IMG/VR virus record: IMGVR_UViG_3300045988_115450
Span: 32,001-96,000 of that record
DNA: 64,000 nt
Direction: 5' to 3' (one strand)
DNA from: a virus
The first letter of the stretch is position 1. Each line of letters opens with the position of its first letter. Below are positions 42,830-53,141 of the stretch, piece by piece. The notes beneath the pieces are model-generated. The model saw only the letters and a list, made by a program, of their open reading frames with translations. It ran no database searches and had not been told where the DNA came from. The position numbers and the translations under genes were made by a program.

Positions 42830-42863
42830 AATTGAATGCTGCTAGAAAGCGAGGTGGGCGTAT

Positions 42864-43889
42864 ATGCCACGTAAGACAAAGTATAACAATATCACTAGCC
42901 CTGCGCTTTTAGAGCAGGTTAACCCAGAAAATAAAAGATTGAAGAACGATTTCCTTACTTATCTAAAATCAGTACAAAGAAGTAATGGAACAATTGATGG
43001 GTACTCCCACGACCTCGACATCTTCTTTGTATGGAATCTGCAGAACAACAATAATAAATTCTTTGTTGACTTATCAAAGCGTGACCTGATCTCATATCAG
43101 AACTGGCTTATCTACGAGAACGAAAACTCCCCCGCAAGAGTCAGACGTCTAAAGGCCGCCCTTTCTTCCCTATCCAATTACGTAGAGAATATTTTGGACG
43201 ACGAGTATGAAGGATATCGTCCAATCGTGAGGAAGATCGAGTCCCCAATCAATCAGCCGGTTAGAGAGAAAACAGTGTTCTCTGATGAGCAGTTGCAGTC
43301 GCTGCTAGATATTCTGGTTAAAGAAGAGAGGTTTACTCAAGCGTGCGCACTGTCACTTGCTATGTGCAGCGGAAGAAGAAAGTCGGAGCTGTTACGTTTT
43401 AAGGTAGACTGGTTCACAAGCGACAACATTATTTACGGGTCGCTATATAAGACTCCGGAGAAGGTAAAAACAAAAGGTGCTGGCAACGGTAAATATCTTT
43501 ATTGTTACACCCTCTCAAAAGAGTTCGACCCTTACTTAGACCTCTATATGAATTGGAGAAAAGAAAATAACGTGGAGAGCGAATGGTTGTTTTATGACAA
43601 AGCAGATCCCACGAAACAAATGAATATTTCTACGCTGAACAGCTGGGCTGTTCGGTTTAGCAAAATATTGGGCGTGCCGTTCTATTGGCACGCCTTACGT
43701 CATTTCTTCACCACAAAGTTAGCACGGCTTGGTCTGCCGGATAGTGTTGTGCAGACTGTTATCGGCTGGAGTTCCGCCGATATGGTTCGGCTGTATGACG
43801 ACACTCCTGATGACGAACAGTTGGAAAAGTATTTTGGTGAAGATGGAATTAAAACAGATGTTAAGGCAACTGGACTAGCTGACCTGTAA
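42864..43889 (+). CDS. tyrosine recombinase, XerC/D-like (341 aa)
   Basis: N-terminal SAM-like core-binding domain; CSGRRKSEL (Arg I), HALRHFFTT (HxxR), GWSSADMVRLYDD (catalytic Tyr). Confidence 0.8.
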   Translation: MPRKTKYNNITSPALLEQVNPENKRLKNDFLTYLKSVQRSNGTIDGYSHDLDIFFVWNLQNNNNKFFVDLSKRDLISYQNWLIYENENSPARVRRLKAALSSLSNYVENILDDEYEGYRPIVRKIESPINQPVREKTVFSDEQLQSLLDILVKEERFTQACALSLAMCSGRRKSELLRFKVDWFTSDNIIYGSLYKTPEKVKTKGAGNGKYLYCYTLSKEFDPYLDLYMNWRKENNVESEWLFYDKADPTKQMNISTLNSWAVRFSKILGVPFYWHALRHFFTTKLARLGLPDSVVQTVIGWSSADMVRLYDDTPDDEQLEKYFGEDGIKTDVKATGLADL

Positions 43890-43906
43890 CATGAACGAAT
43901 GAAAGG

Positions 43907-44230
43907 TTGAATGAAATGATTAACAATAAGCAATTTGTAAGACGAGTATTGGAAATGGCGGAGCATCTGTCTGGCGTTAAGTATAGAGTAAAGGATGGCG
44001 AACTGATGGTAGATGCTGTGAAGTTCGCTATTGAAAAGGCACTGGCCGAAGGCGAAGACATCTCTCTGCACGGTTTTGGTGCCTTTAAGGTACATGAATA
44101 TCCTGAACGCCAGGCAACGATCAACGGGCAAACTTACAATGTTCCTCCCCGTAAGGGTGTAAAATTCAGCCCCGGCAAGCGGCTCCGTGATGAAGTTGCG
44201 CACGGTCGTTTCCAGACTATTGACCTGTAA
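43907..44230 (+). CDS. HU/IHF-family DNA-binding protein (107 aa)
   Basis: ISLHGFGAFKVHEYPERQA...VPPRKGVKFSPGKRLRDEV matches the GFGxFxV..R..R.......P......F.PGK.LK arm pattern. Confidence 0.75.
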   Translation: MNEMINNKQFVRRVLEMAEHLSGVKYRVKDGELMVDAVKFAIEKALAEGEDISLHGFGAFKVHEYPERQATINGQTYNVPPRKGVKFSPGKRLRDEVAHGRFQTIDL

Positions 44231-45204
44231 TGGCTAGGCAGAAATTAGGGGCGACGGAACCCACAAGAGTCAAAGGTCAGTTCAAATGTGTTGGTTGCGG
44301 CACTGTCTATCCTACACAAGCCCGTAATTTCAAGACTGTTCAGAGCACGCTGTATAAAGGAAATAATAACTACCTGTGCTGGTGTAACAGGTGTGTTGAC
44401 GCCCTATATATCAAGTATAGGGATAGCGGTCTATCTGAGGCGGACGCAGCTAAAAAGGTATGCTCGAAGTTTGATATCTATTGGGAAAAAGACGTTTGGG
44501 ATAAGGTCTCTACGGCGAACAAAAGCGAGAGTTCAACATTGATCAGAACTTACCTTGACCGAATGAACCTCAACCAGCATATTAAAAAGACATATGACAA
44601 CACTGTCGTCGAAGAAGCCCGGCGACAAATGCTACTGGGGAAGCAGGCTTCTATTGGTATGAACGCTGAAGAAGATCCTGAAGTCCCCCCTGAGCTAGAA
44701 GAGTTCTGGGGTAAGGGCAGAGAGCCGTGGTGCTACAACGAGCTTCAACATACATACGACATGCTGACTAATGGATATACCGTTGATACTCCCGCCAAGG
44801 CTCTCCTGGTTAAACAGGCTTGTCTGTCTGTGTTTGAGATTGATGAACTTCAGAAGAATGGTAAACCTTTCGAAAAACAACAAGCCTCTCTGGTCAATAC
44901 GCTAGGTTCATTGAATCTGAAGCCCAGCCAGATCAAAGAGGACGAGCGGAACTCTGGGTTGGACGATATGCCATTTGGTGTAGCGATTCAAAAGTGGGAG
45001 CAGACACGCCCTATTCCGGAGCCGCAATCGGACTGGGTTGACGTTGATAATATTAGAAAGTACAACATGACTTGGTTCCTAGGCCCGCTGTGCAATATGG
45101 TCGGAGTAGATAACAAGTACAATGAAATGTATGAAGAGGCAATGAGTGAGTACAGGGTTAATCGTCCGGATTACTCAGAAGATGAGGATGTGGTCGATGA
45201 ATGA
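44230..45204 (+). CDS. putative terminase small subunit / zinc-ribbon DNA-binding protein (324 aa)
   Basis: Position immediately upstream of TerL with a 4-nt overlap; CVGCG...CWCNRC zinc ribbon. The function is positional inference. Confidence 0.45.
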   Translation: MARQKLGATEPTRVKGQFKCVGCGTVYPTQARNFKTVQSTLYKGNNNYLCWCNRCVDALYIKYRDSGLSEADAAKKVCSKFDIYWEKDVWDKVSTANKSESSTLIRTYLDRMNLNQHIKKTYDNTVVEEARRQMLLGKQASIGMNAEEDPEVPPELEEFWGKGREPWCYNELQHTYDMLTNGYTVDTPAKALLVKQACLSVFEIDELQKNGKPFEKQQASLVNTLGSLNLKPSQIKEDERNSGLDDMPFGVAIQKWEQTRPIPEPQSDWVDVDNIRKYNMTWFLGPLCNMVGVDNKYNEMYEEAMSEYRVNRPDYSEDEDVVDE

Positions 45205-46976
45205 CAGAGTACACAAAGACACGACAAATAAGACTTGACTCTACTAAGTCAAGAGAGGAACGCGTCTTCGAAGGTGTTGCTGCCTGGGCGGCTTTCTACC
45301 GAGCTAACCCACACAGATTCGCAAAAGACTACCTGGGTATTAGCCTGAAGCCATTTCAACAAATACTTATGGTCGAGATGGATCAATGTAACTATACTGC
45401 CTATATTGCAGCGAGAGGGCAAGGCAAGAGTTTTCTTATTTCTCTTTACTGCTGTGTGCGGTGTATCTTGTACCCCGGCACAAAAGTCTGCGTTGCTGCT
45501 GGGCGTAGATCTCAGAGTATCAATATTCTGGAGTACATTCAGAATCAGTTTATGGTAAACTCGCCAGGGCTGAAACGCGAGATTAAGACTATCACGACAG
45601 CTCCTAACAACCCTATTTGTATCTTTGAAAACGGGTCAACGATTAAGGTTGTAACTGCTAGTGATACAGCTCGTGGCAACAGAGCGAACATTATTATCTG
45701 TGATGAGTTTAGAATGATCCCTGAATCAGCCATCAATGAGGTGCTAAGGAGATTTCTTTCTGACGAACGTCATCCACCGTATATTGATAATCCAAAGTAT
45801 GCTCATATTAAAGAAAGAAATAAAGAAATCTATTTGACTTCTGCCTGGTTTAAAGATCATTGGTCATACAAGAAGGTCGAAGATTTTTACGCTAAGATGG
45901 TACAAGCTGGGCCGTACTTTGTATGTGGTCTTCCCTATCAGCTTTCAATTAAAGAGGGGTTGTATAGCGCAGAACAGGCGATAGAAGAAATGTCCGAAGC
46001 GACATTTAATGAATCCCAATGGGCGAGGGAAATGGAATGTTGCTGGACGGGCGACGTTGAAGGTTCGTTCTTCAACTATGAGGCAATCAATCGCACGCGA
46101 CGTCTGAAGTTCCCGATGCTGCCATCCTATGCCTTGCCTGGAAAACTGGCTGCCAAGGATATGGGGATCGTGAACAAACAGGTAGATGAGATAAGAATAA
46201 TATCTGTTGACGTCGCTTTGATGAGTTCTACGAAAAAGTCAGAGAACGACGCGACGGCGATCTTTGTGAATCGAATGACGCCCAATACGCATGGTCGTTA
46301 CTATAGCAATATCGTTTATACGGAGTCGCATGAAGGCGAGACGACGCAAAGACAGGCGTTACGTATTCGGAGATTGTACGAAGAATACTCAGCAGACTAT
46401 ATTGTGATTGACGGCAAAGGCGTCGGCGCTGGTGTGGTTGACTTGTTGCTGGACGATATATATGATCCTGACACAGGCGAAACATATGGTGCTCTGTCCT
46501 GCTATAACAATCCTGACCTTGCTGCTAGGTGTACCGACATGGATGCACCAAAAGCTCTGTGGGTAATAAATAATCAGACTGCACGCTTCAATTCGGAGTG
46601 TGCTTTTTCTTTGAGAGAAGGGTTCCGGTCTGGTAAAATTCGCTTGCTTGCAAACGAATATGATGCGGAAGATTATCTCTCTGAAGTACGTGGTTGGGGG
46701 TCCATCAACCCGGTCGAGAAGACTGCGGTTCGACTTCCGTATGTGGACACTACGTACCTGGTTGACGAAATTATTAACTTGAAATACGAAGACACTCAAT
46801 CAGGTGTAAAGGTATACGAAAAATCCGGTTATCGAAAAGACCGGTACTCATCCCTTTCATATAACTACTGGGTTGCGTGTCAATTAGAAGATAAGTCGCG
46901 TATAAAGAGAAAGTCCAATATAGACATCTCTGAATTGTTGCGATGCCAAAGAGCACCTAGACTCAGAAGGAGGTGA
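45201..46976 (+). CDS. terL: terminase large subunit (591 aa)
   Basis: Walker A-like IAARGQGKSF; Walker B IIICDEF; C-terminal nuclease-size domain; followed by the portal gene. Confidence 0.85.
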   Translation: MTEYTKTRQIRLDSTKSREERVFEGVAAWAAFYRANPHRFAKDYLGISLKPFQQILMVEMDQCNYTAYIAARGQGKSFLISLYCCVRCILYPGTKVCVAAGRRSQSINILEYIQNQFMVNSPGLKREIKTITTAPNNPICIFENGSTIKVVTASDTARGNRANIIICDEFRMIPESAINEVLRRFLSDERHPPYIDNPKYAHIKERNKEIYLTSAWFKDHWSYKKVEDFYAKMVQAGPYFVCGLPYQLSIKEGLYSAEQAIEEMSEATFNESQWAREMECCWTGDVEGSFFNYEAINRTRRLKFPMLPSYALPGKLAAKDMGIVNKQVDEIRIISVDVALMSSTKKSENDATAIFVNRMTPNTHGRYYSNIVYTESHEGETTQRQALRIRRLYEEYSADYIVIDGKGVGAGVVDLLLDDIYDPDTGETYGALSCYNNPDLAARCTDMDAPKALWVINNQTARFNSECAFSLREGFRSGKIRLLANEYDAEDYLSEVRGWGSINPVEKTAVRLPYVDTTYLVDEIINLKYEDTQSGVKVYEKSGYRKDRYSSLSYNYWVACQLEDKSRIKRKSNIDISELLRCQRAPRLRRR

Positions 46977-46982
46977 GTTGTT

Positions 46983-48482
46983 ATGGGCGAAAAGTTTGTA
47001 CTAGATAGTACACCAGACGAGAAATCTAAACAGGAGTTTGCTCTCAAAGATACATTCAGAATGCCAGAACGGTTTAAAGTCTTGAATCGGTTGGTTATGC
47101 GAGATTTGAATCGGCGAGATTATAGACCCACATTTAAGAAATACACCAAGGAACAGATTCTAGACTTCTTAGAAGATCCTTATACTCATGAGAAGCAGCT
47201 GCGGGATGCCTGCATCAATATGTATGGCGTTAGTTCTTACTTCCGTCGTCTCATTCAATACTTTACTATGTTGAACGACTTGGCTTATGTTGTGTCGCCG
47301 TTTGGTATGGATATATCAAAAGAAAATAAGACAAGTGTGAAGCGTAACTTCAATAAGGTTCTTAAAGTAATGGAAGCGTTCAATGTAAAGTCGCAGTTTA
47401 GAAAGATCCTTACAGTGTGCTTTAGAGAAGATGTTTATTATGGTACGCTATGGGTTACGCAAGACAACATCACAATTCAAAGGCTACCGTCTGATTACTG
47501 TCGAATTTCTTCAATAGAAGGCAACGTCTATAATGTAAGTTTCGACTTTACGTATTTTGCGACATACCCGGACAGGCTTCAATTCTTCCCAGAAGAGTTT
47601 CGTGTAAAATACGACGAGTACAAGAAGCGTTCTCTCGATAGATGGATTGATCTGGATTGCCCAACGTCTTTTGCTATCAAATGCACAAATGATATTGACT
47701 CTTATGCCCTCCCCCCATTCATTGGTATTATGCCTGAGATATATGACCTGGAGAGTTATAAAGAACTTAAGCTCACTAAGACGGAGCTAGAGAATTATGC
47801 AATCTTGGTTATGAAGCTTGGCCTTACCTCTGATGGTCAATGGCAGATGGATTTTGATAAGGCGAGAGAGTTCTGGATGAACCTTGACGACGTTCTGCCT
47901 GATGCAGTTGGTTCGGTCTTAACTCCGATGACAGTTGACAAGATTTCCTTTGAAAAATCTTCTAGTACAGATTCAAATGCTGTAGCTGATGCAATCAGCT
48001 CGCTGTTTGATTCCGCAGGCGTCTCTTCCCTGCTGTTTAATAACAGTAGCAAGTCATCTAGTAATGCCCTGCTGCTCTCTATCAAAGCCGACCAAGGTAT
48101 TACTTATGGCGTTGTGAAGAGTATTGAGGATATGGTCAACCGGTACATCCAGTCATTGAATTTTGGTAAGAAGTTTAGAATTACGTTCCTAGATTCTTCT
48201 CCGTTTAACAGAGACGAACTGGGTAATCAGTATCTCAAGATGTGCCAGGTTGGTATGCCTATGGTGTCTTATCTAGCCGCAACGTATGGTATGCCACAAG
48301 CAGACATGAACTGTCTCAACTATCTTGAGGATGATATCTTGGATATTAAGAATCGCTTTATGCCTCTTCGCTCTACAAACACTATGAGTTCTGATTCGTT
48401 GGCGGAAGCCGGTCGTCCGGAAGCGTCCGCACAAGAACTTAGCGACAGCGGAGAAATCTCGCAAGAGAGAGACGAAGATTAA
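46983..48482 (+). CDS. portal protein (499 aa)
   Basis: Size, position after TerL, acidic C-terminus. Confidence 0.75.
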   Translation: MGEKFVLDSTPDEKSKQEFALKDTFRMPERFKVLNRLVMRDLNRRDYRPTFKKYTKEQILDFLEDPYTHEKQLRDACINMYGVSSYFRRLIQYFTMLNDLAYVVSPFGMDISKENKTSVKRNFNKVLKVMEAFNVKSQFRKILTVCFREDVYYGTLWVTQDNITIQRLPSDYCRISSIEGNVYNVSFDFTYFATYPDRLQFFPEEFRVKYDEYKKRSLDRWIDLDCPTSFAIKCTNDIDSYALPPFIGIMPEIYDLESYKELKLTKTELENYAILVMKLGLTSDGQWQMDFDKAREFWMNLDDVLPDAVGSVLTPMTVDKISFEKSSSTDSNAVADAISSLFDSAGVSSLLFNNSSKSSSNALLLSIKADQGITYGVVKSIEDMVNRYIQSLNFGKKFRITFLDSSPFNRDELGNQYLKMCQVGMPMVSYLAATYGMPQADMNCLNYLEDDILDIKNRFMPLRSTNTMSSDSLAEAGRPEASAQELSDSGEISQERDED

Positions 48483-48485
48483 AAA

Positions 48486-48665
48486 ATGAAATATATTTAT
48501 GTGTTCGCCGAGGCCGACAGGGACAAGCTGTTGGATCTCGGTTTTTTGCTATTAGGGCAAAAAGACAATGCGTCATCATGGGCGTTTGTAGATAAGACGG
48601 GAATAAGCATTGATTTAGATAGTGTACTTTCTTCTTATGTGACGTCCAATGTTTTGATGTTTTAA
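48486..48665 (+). CDS. hypothetical protein (59 aa)
   Basis: Own translation: MKYIYVFAEADRDKLLDLGFLLLGQKDNASSWAFVDKTGISIDLDSVLSSYVTSNVLMF. Just below the track cutoff. Fills the portal-scaffold gap. Confidence 0.5.
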   Translation: MKYIYVFAEADRDKLLDLGFLLLGQKDNASSWAFVDKTGISIDLDSVLSSYVTSNVLMF

Positions 48666-48700
48666 TATACAACACCTAGCAGCAAGGAGGTGAGAAAAGA

Positions 48701-50116
48701 ATGAATGACAAGAATGTAAGACTTGTTTTCAACTCTGCACTAAAGAACATCATGTCATGCAATGAATCGTTTGACCAGGGTGTCCTGCGCATTGCTTACC
48801 ACGGGGAAAACCGCAATGGTTCCTATATCAGCAAAGAAGTGTTTGAGAAGTGCTTGCCGTCTATGTACAATGTTCCGGTTGTCGCTAACTACATGCGAGA
48901 CGACGACATGATTGGCGGGCATGATATTGAAATTGTTCGTAAAGATAATTTCCCAAAGATGGTAAACATCACTCACCCCGTTGGTGTTGTCCCTGAGTCG
49001 GCAAGTAATTGGTGGGAGTTGGTCACAGAAGAAGATGGAGCTATCCACGAATATTTGTGTACCGATGTTCTGCTTTGGAAGCGGCAAGAGGCGTATGAAA
49101 AGATTGTTAGTGACGGCATTGTGTATGAGTCTATGGAGATCAAAGTAAAAGAAGATCACCTAGATAATGGCATGTACGTAATTGACGACTTTGAGTTTTT
49201 AGCGTTTTGCCTGCTTGGAAATTGCGAGCCTTGTTTTGAATCTGCGTCCCTTGCTACTTTCAGCTCTGACGCGTTCACATCCGAGCTATATGCAATGCTC
49301 GAAGAAGTGCCTATGGCAACTAGAAATTATTTAGAAGGGGTGACAAACAAGTTGGTTAATAAAAAGCTAAAGCTGGTCGAGAAGTACGGACTAACCCTGG
49401 ATGATTTGGATTTTGAGCTGGCCGCTTACACCATTGATGAAGTAGAAGATAAGCTGGCTGCAATCAGAGAACGCCTTGGTGTATCTCAAATTGATGAAGA
49501 AGATCCTGTCGTGACTCCTCCGGAAGAAGAGAATCCTGACACTCCTGCTCCTCCCTCCTCAAATACTCCAGCTGAAGAAAACCCGACTGAACCTGGCACT
49601 GGCCCTGACGCAGACGAATCTCAAGACTCTGGGCAGGACGACAATCAGGAAGACGTCGAGGAACATTCTTTGGAAGAAGATCGGACGGGTCACGCAAAGG
49701 ATGATCCAGAGGATAAGGAAGATAAGAAGCCTCAAGACAATGACGATGAGTTTGCTTGCGGCGAAGACGAAAAGAAAACGTCTTGCGCTATTTCTGAAGA
49801 AGACTTTGCTCTGTTAAAGAAAGAGCTTAAAGAACTTAGAGAATTCAAAAATCAGATTCTATCAGAAAAGAAAGCAGAATTGTTCAGTATGTTCTCTGAC
49901 CTTGAATCAAATGAAGATTTCAAGGATCTAAAAAATAATGCGGACAAGTATGACCTTACCGCAATTGAAGAGAAGTGTTTCGCCATTCGTGGCCGAACTG
50001 CGACTTTCTCTATGAATCAAACCTACAAAAAGGCACCTGTGCTACCGGTGCTCGATCATGAACCCACCTATGAACCTTACGGTGGTGTTGTAAAGAAATA
50101 CCTACATAACAAATAA
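48701..50116 (+). CDS. putative scaffolding / prohead-maturation protein (471 aa)
   Basis: Position between portal and capsid; central P/E/D-rich linker (PPEEENPDTPAPPSSNTPAEENPTEP...); C-terminal coiled coil. Confidence 0.5.
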   Translation: MNDKNVRLVFNSALKNIMSCNESFDQGVLRIAYHGENRNGSYISKEVFEKCLPSMYNVPVVANYMRDDDMIGGHDIEIVRKDNFPKMVNITHPVGVVPESASNWWELVTEEDGAIHEYLCTDVLLWKRQEAYEKIVSDGIVYESMEIKVKEDHLDNGMYVIDDFEFLAFCLLGNCEPCFESASLATFSSDAFTSELYAMLEEVPMATRNYLEGVTNKLVNKKLKLVEKYGLTLDDLDFELAAYTIDEVEDKLAAIRERLGVSQIDEEDPVVTPPEEENPDTPAPPSSNTPAEENPTEPGTGPDADESQDSGQDDNQEDVEEHSLEEDRTGHAKDDPEDKEDKKPQDNDDEFACGEDEKKTSCAISEEDFALLKKELKELREFKNQILSEKKAELFSMFSDLESNEDFKDLKNNADKYDLTAIEEKCFAIRGRTATFSMNQTYKKAPVLPVLDHEPTYEPYGGVVKKYLHNK

Positions 50117-50130
50117 GGAGGTAGACGAAA

Positions 50131-50631
50131 TTGGCCTACACTGTATTCCGCTGTGATAATATGCCCGGCACCGATCAGCGCACAATGGTTACTTCTGTTC
50201 TGGTGCGGGATGGCGATGGCAAGAACATCGCTGTTGAAAATGGTACTATCGTTGAGATTGGTGCTCTTGTTCCTGGTGAACATGACCTGTATTATGCAAC
50301 TCTGGCAACCGCGACTTCTGATTTGAAGAAGTGTGCTGTGCTTGGCACTCCGGAAGTAATTTACGATGAGTGTACCTATAAGAACCTGGATGAATTTATT
50401 AACGAAGCTGGTAAGCCCGCCACCGCCTATAGACTAGGCTGTCCGGGCGTTTTTTCTGTCACCGCTGAAGGTTTTGTCGGCGGCACTGCTCCTACTGCTA
50501 CAGCAGTCGCTGTGTCTCTGGGTGCTAATGGCAAGATTACCGCTCCCGCAGCTACCAGTGCAACTGCGCTTGGCAAGGTGATTGCTATTGACAAGACTGC
50601 TCGTTATACATTCTACGCGATTGAAATGTAA
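50131..50631 (+). CDS. head-associated hypothetical protein (166 aa)
   Basis: TTG start behind TAAGGAGG; position directly upstream of the capsid gene. Confidence 0.5.
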   Translation: MAYTVFRCDNMPGTDQRTMVTSVLVRDGDGKNIAVENGTIVEIGALVPGEHDLYYATLATATSDLKKCAVLGTPEVIYDECTYKNLDEFINEAGKPATAYRLGCPGVFSVTAEGFVGGTAPTATAVAVSLGANGKITAPAATSATALGKVIAIDKTARYTFYAIEM

Positions 50632-50648
50632 GAAAGGAGGGTTCGAAA

Positions 50649-51653
50649 ATGAATGTTGATATGAACCTGGTTCAGTTGGCTGTTGAAACCTACAAGGGCC
50701 AGCCTCAAAAGTATTCCAAGGAACAGGGCTTGGAAGCTATGCGTAATGCCCTGATTGAAATTAACGGCGGTACTACTCTGGGCTATAAGCAGATGAGAGA
50801 CGGTGCTCACAATGGTCTGTTTGCTCTGATTGAAGAAATTATTCCCCGTACTGTTGTTGAAGGTCTGCAGGGCGACGAGATGTTTACCTCTCTGGTTGAC
50901 TTCCGTAACGTCGCCGAGGGCGACGAGCCTACTTTTGTAGTAGAAGATGTAAACTGGTACGATGTTTCCACTGTGGCTCCTGGTGTCCGTGGCCTGCGTC
51001 GTCAGAGACTGGGCGGCGCTACTACTAAGACTATCCACACCGAAATGCACGGCGTCCGCATTTACGAGCCTCTGCGTAGACTACTGGCTGGTCGCGTTGA
51101 CTTTAACGAATTTATCAATAGAGTCGGCGAGTCTTATCGTCAGAAGGTCCTGAACGATATCTACACTTGCTGGGCTGGTCTGACTTCTGACGACCTGGAC
51201 GGTACTGCCTTCTTCCCCGCTGCTGGCTCCTATGATGAGGGCACTGTGCTAGACGTTATTCAGCATGTTGAAGCTGCCTCCGGTAAGCAGGCGATCATCA
51301 TGGGTACTATGAAGGCTCTGCGTAATCTTGCTCCCTCTATTCAGGGTCTGGAGTACAAGTCTGATATGTACAACATGGGCTACGCTGGTAAGTTCTTTGG
51401 TACTCCTGTTATCAAGACTCCTCAGCGTCATAAGATCGGCACCCATGACTTCATCTTCCCCGACGACACTCTGCATATCATTGCTACTGACTCTAAACCT
51501 ATCAAGATGGTCTATGAAGGCAACAGCATTATCAAGCTGACTGACGCTCTGGATAATGCAGATATGACTCAGGAGTATGAGTTCTACGATATGTACGGCA
51601 TGGGCGTTGTGACTTCTTGCAACGACGGCATTGGCCGTATTCAGTTCTCCTAA
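50649..51653 (+). CDS. major capsid protein (334 aa)
   Basis: Size, strong RBS, codon-optimised look, and followed by a strong terminator. No motif-level proof. Confidence 0.65.
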   Translation: MNVDMNLVQLAVETYKGQPQKYSKEQGLEAMRNALIEINGGTTLGYKQMRDGAHNGLFALIEEIIPRTVVEGLQGDEMFTSLVDFRNVAEGDEPTFVVEDVNWYDVSTVAPGVRGLRRQRLGGATTKTIHTEMHGVRIYEPLRRLLAGRVDFNEFINRVGESYRQKVLNDIYTCWAGLTSDDLDGTAFFPAAGSYDEGTVLDVIQHVEAASGKQAIIMGTMKALRNLAPSIQGLEYKSDMYNMGYAGKFFGTPVIKTPQRHKIGTHDFIFPDDTLHIIATDSKPIKMVYEGNSIIKLTDALDNADMTQEYEFYDMYGMGVVTSCNDGIGRIQFS

Positions 51654-51668
51654 TTGGTAACTATTTTT

Positions 51669-51696
51669 AGCCGCCCCTTTTCAGGGGCGGCTTTTA
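51669..51696 (+). terminator. rho-independent terminator after the capsid gene
   Basis: AGCCGCCCC-ttttca-GGGGCGGCT followed by TTTT. Confidence 0.8.
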
Positions 51697-51715
51697 GGAA
51701 AGAAAGGATTTTAAA

Positions 51716-52297
51716 ATGGCAGCAAGCAAAACAAGTGTAAAGAAGGGTGCGCTAACCGGAACTCCCGTGGCCAGCGCAAAAGCGCCGGAAGAAACTACGG
51801 CAGCTACCGAAATAGCGACCGGAAAAAAGAAGCCTTCAAAGCCGAAGGTTCGAAAGGCGATCGACCCGAATCTTTACGTGAGCGTTAAAAATGGTTTTCA
51901 CGGATCTTTGTTTTACAAAGACACAACGACCGGCGAGGAACATAGATGGTCTGAGTTCGGTGACGAAATCGAAATGACCTTCGGTTCACTGCAAAGAGCG
52001 AGAAGTGCTCAGCGTAAGTTCTTTACGGAAAACTGGTGGTTGATTGACGACCAAGAAGTGCTGGAGGCTCTGAACGCTACACAGTATTACAAGAACGCTT
52101 TGACCTATGAAGACTTTGAGGATCTGTTTTCTCTGAAAGCAAATGAGGTCAAAGACAAAGTGTCTGGTCTGTCTCGCGGTCAGAAGCGCGGGGTCGTCTA
52201 TGTCGCAAAGCAAAAGATTGAAGATGGTGAACTAGCAGACCTTAATGTTATTAGAGCTTTGGAAGAAGCACTAGGCACCGAACTGATTTATAAGTGA
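51716..52297 (+). CDS. hypothetical structural-module protein (193 aa)
   Basis: ORF track; basic/Ala-rich N-terminus. Confidence 0.55.
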   Translation: MAASKTSVKKGALTGTPVASAKAPEETTAATEIATGKKKPSKPKVRKAIDPNLYVSVKNGFHGSLFYKDTTTGEEHRWSEFGDEIEMTFGSLQRARSAQRKFFTENWWLIDDQEVLEALNATQYYKNALTYEDFEDLFSLKANEVKDKVSGLSRGQKRGVVYVAKQKIEDGELADLNVIRALEEALGTELIYK

Positions 52298-52306
52298 GGT
52301 TAACTT

Positions 52307-52810
52307 ATGGCTACTTCATTCGATGTGTTTACCGGGGCGTTCTTGAACAAAATCACATCGTATGATTATGTTAACATGGAAGAAGAAGTGTTCAACGAAC
52401 AAGCTGACCAATTTCTTTTTTCAGCCTGCTCCGAGTTTGAAAATATTTTTCGGCGACGCACCGGTCTGTCATTCTCTGACAAGGATTTGGAGGCCCGGCA
52501 ATTCAACTGGGATCTCCCGGTGTGTATCACTGAATATCATGATAAACGTCTTGATGATTATATCACCTCTGATGAGGTGGTTGATATTATTTCCGAAGGA
52601 ATGCTGCTCAAATGGTTGAGTGGCTTTTTGTTTAGCGGGGATCACTTTGTCTTAGGCAACTTCCTAAAGACAAAAGACTTCTCTCCGTATTCTCCTTCTA
52701 ACTTCATCAGTAATATGCAAGGTCTTTACTCCACAACAAAGTCAAATTATAAGAACATGATTAACGAGTTTTCTTATAATCATGGTGCGCTGCACAAACT
52801 GCATATGTGA
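52307..52810 (+). CDS. putative head-tail connector protein (167 aa)
   Basis: Position only. Confidence 0.45.
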   Translation: MATSFDVFTGAFLNKITSYDYVNMEEEVFNEQADQFLFSACSEFENIFRRRTGLSFSDKDLEARQFNWDLPVCITEYHDKRLDDYITSDEVVDIISEGMLLKWLSGFLFSGDHFVLGNFLKTKDFSPYSPSNFISNMQGLYSTTKSNYKNMINEFSYNHGALHKLHM

Positions 52811-52823
52811 GCGGGGGTGTTTT

Positions 52824-53141
52824 ATGATACCGGATGCTATGATGCAGAAATATTTTGAACGAACTGTAGGGAAGCTGTATAAGATCTTGCCGCTAAAAGA
52901 ATGTGAGGAGGAAACTCTAAAAGAATACTTAGATACCTTGTTGACAGAACTTGTCGGTGTTGAATTGCTAGACAATCTGTCTTCACAGCCATACTACATG
53001 AGTATTATTGGAATCGTGTCTTACCTGTCTGACAATATATCAGACTGCTCAGTAAAGAAAGTAAAGAAGAATGTTTTTCGAGCGATTGACCTGTGCAAGA
53101 AGCTAGAGGCGTCGTATAAGGGTGGTGGTGTTATTGAGTAG
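52824..53141 (+). CDS. putative head-tail adaptor (105 aa)
   Basis: Track ORF is 52782..53141. Trimmed to MIPDAMMQKYF... behind GGGGGTG. Function by position only. Confidence 0.45.
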   Translation: MIPDAMMQKYFERTVGKLYKILPLKECEEETLKEYLDTLLTELVGVELLDNLSSQPYYMSIIGIVSYLSDNISDCSVKKVKKNVFRAIDLCKKLEASYKGGGVIE

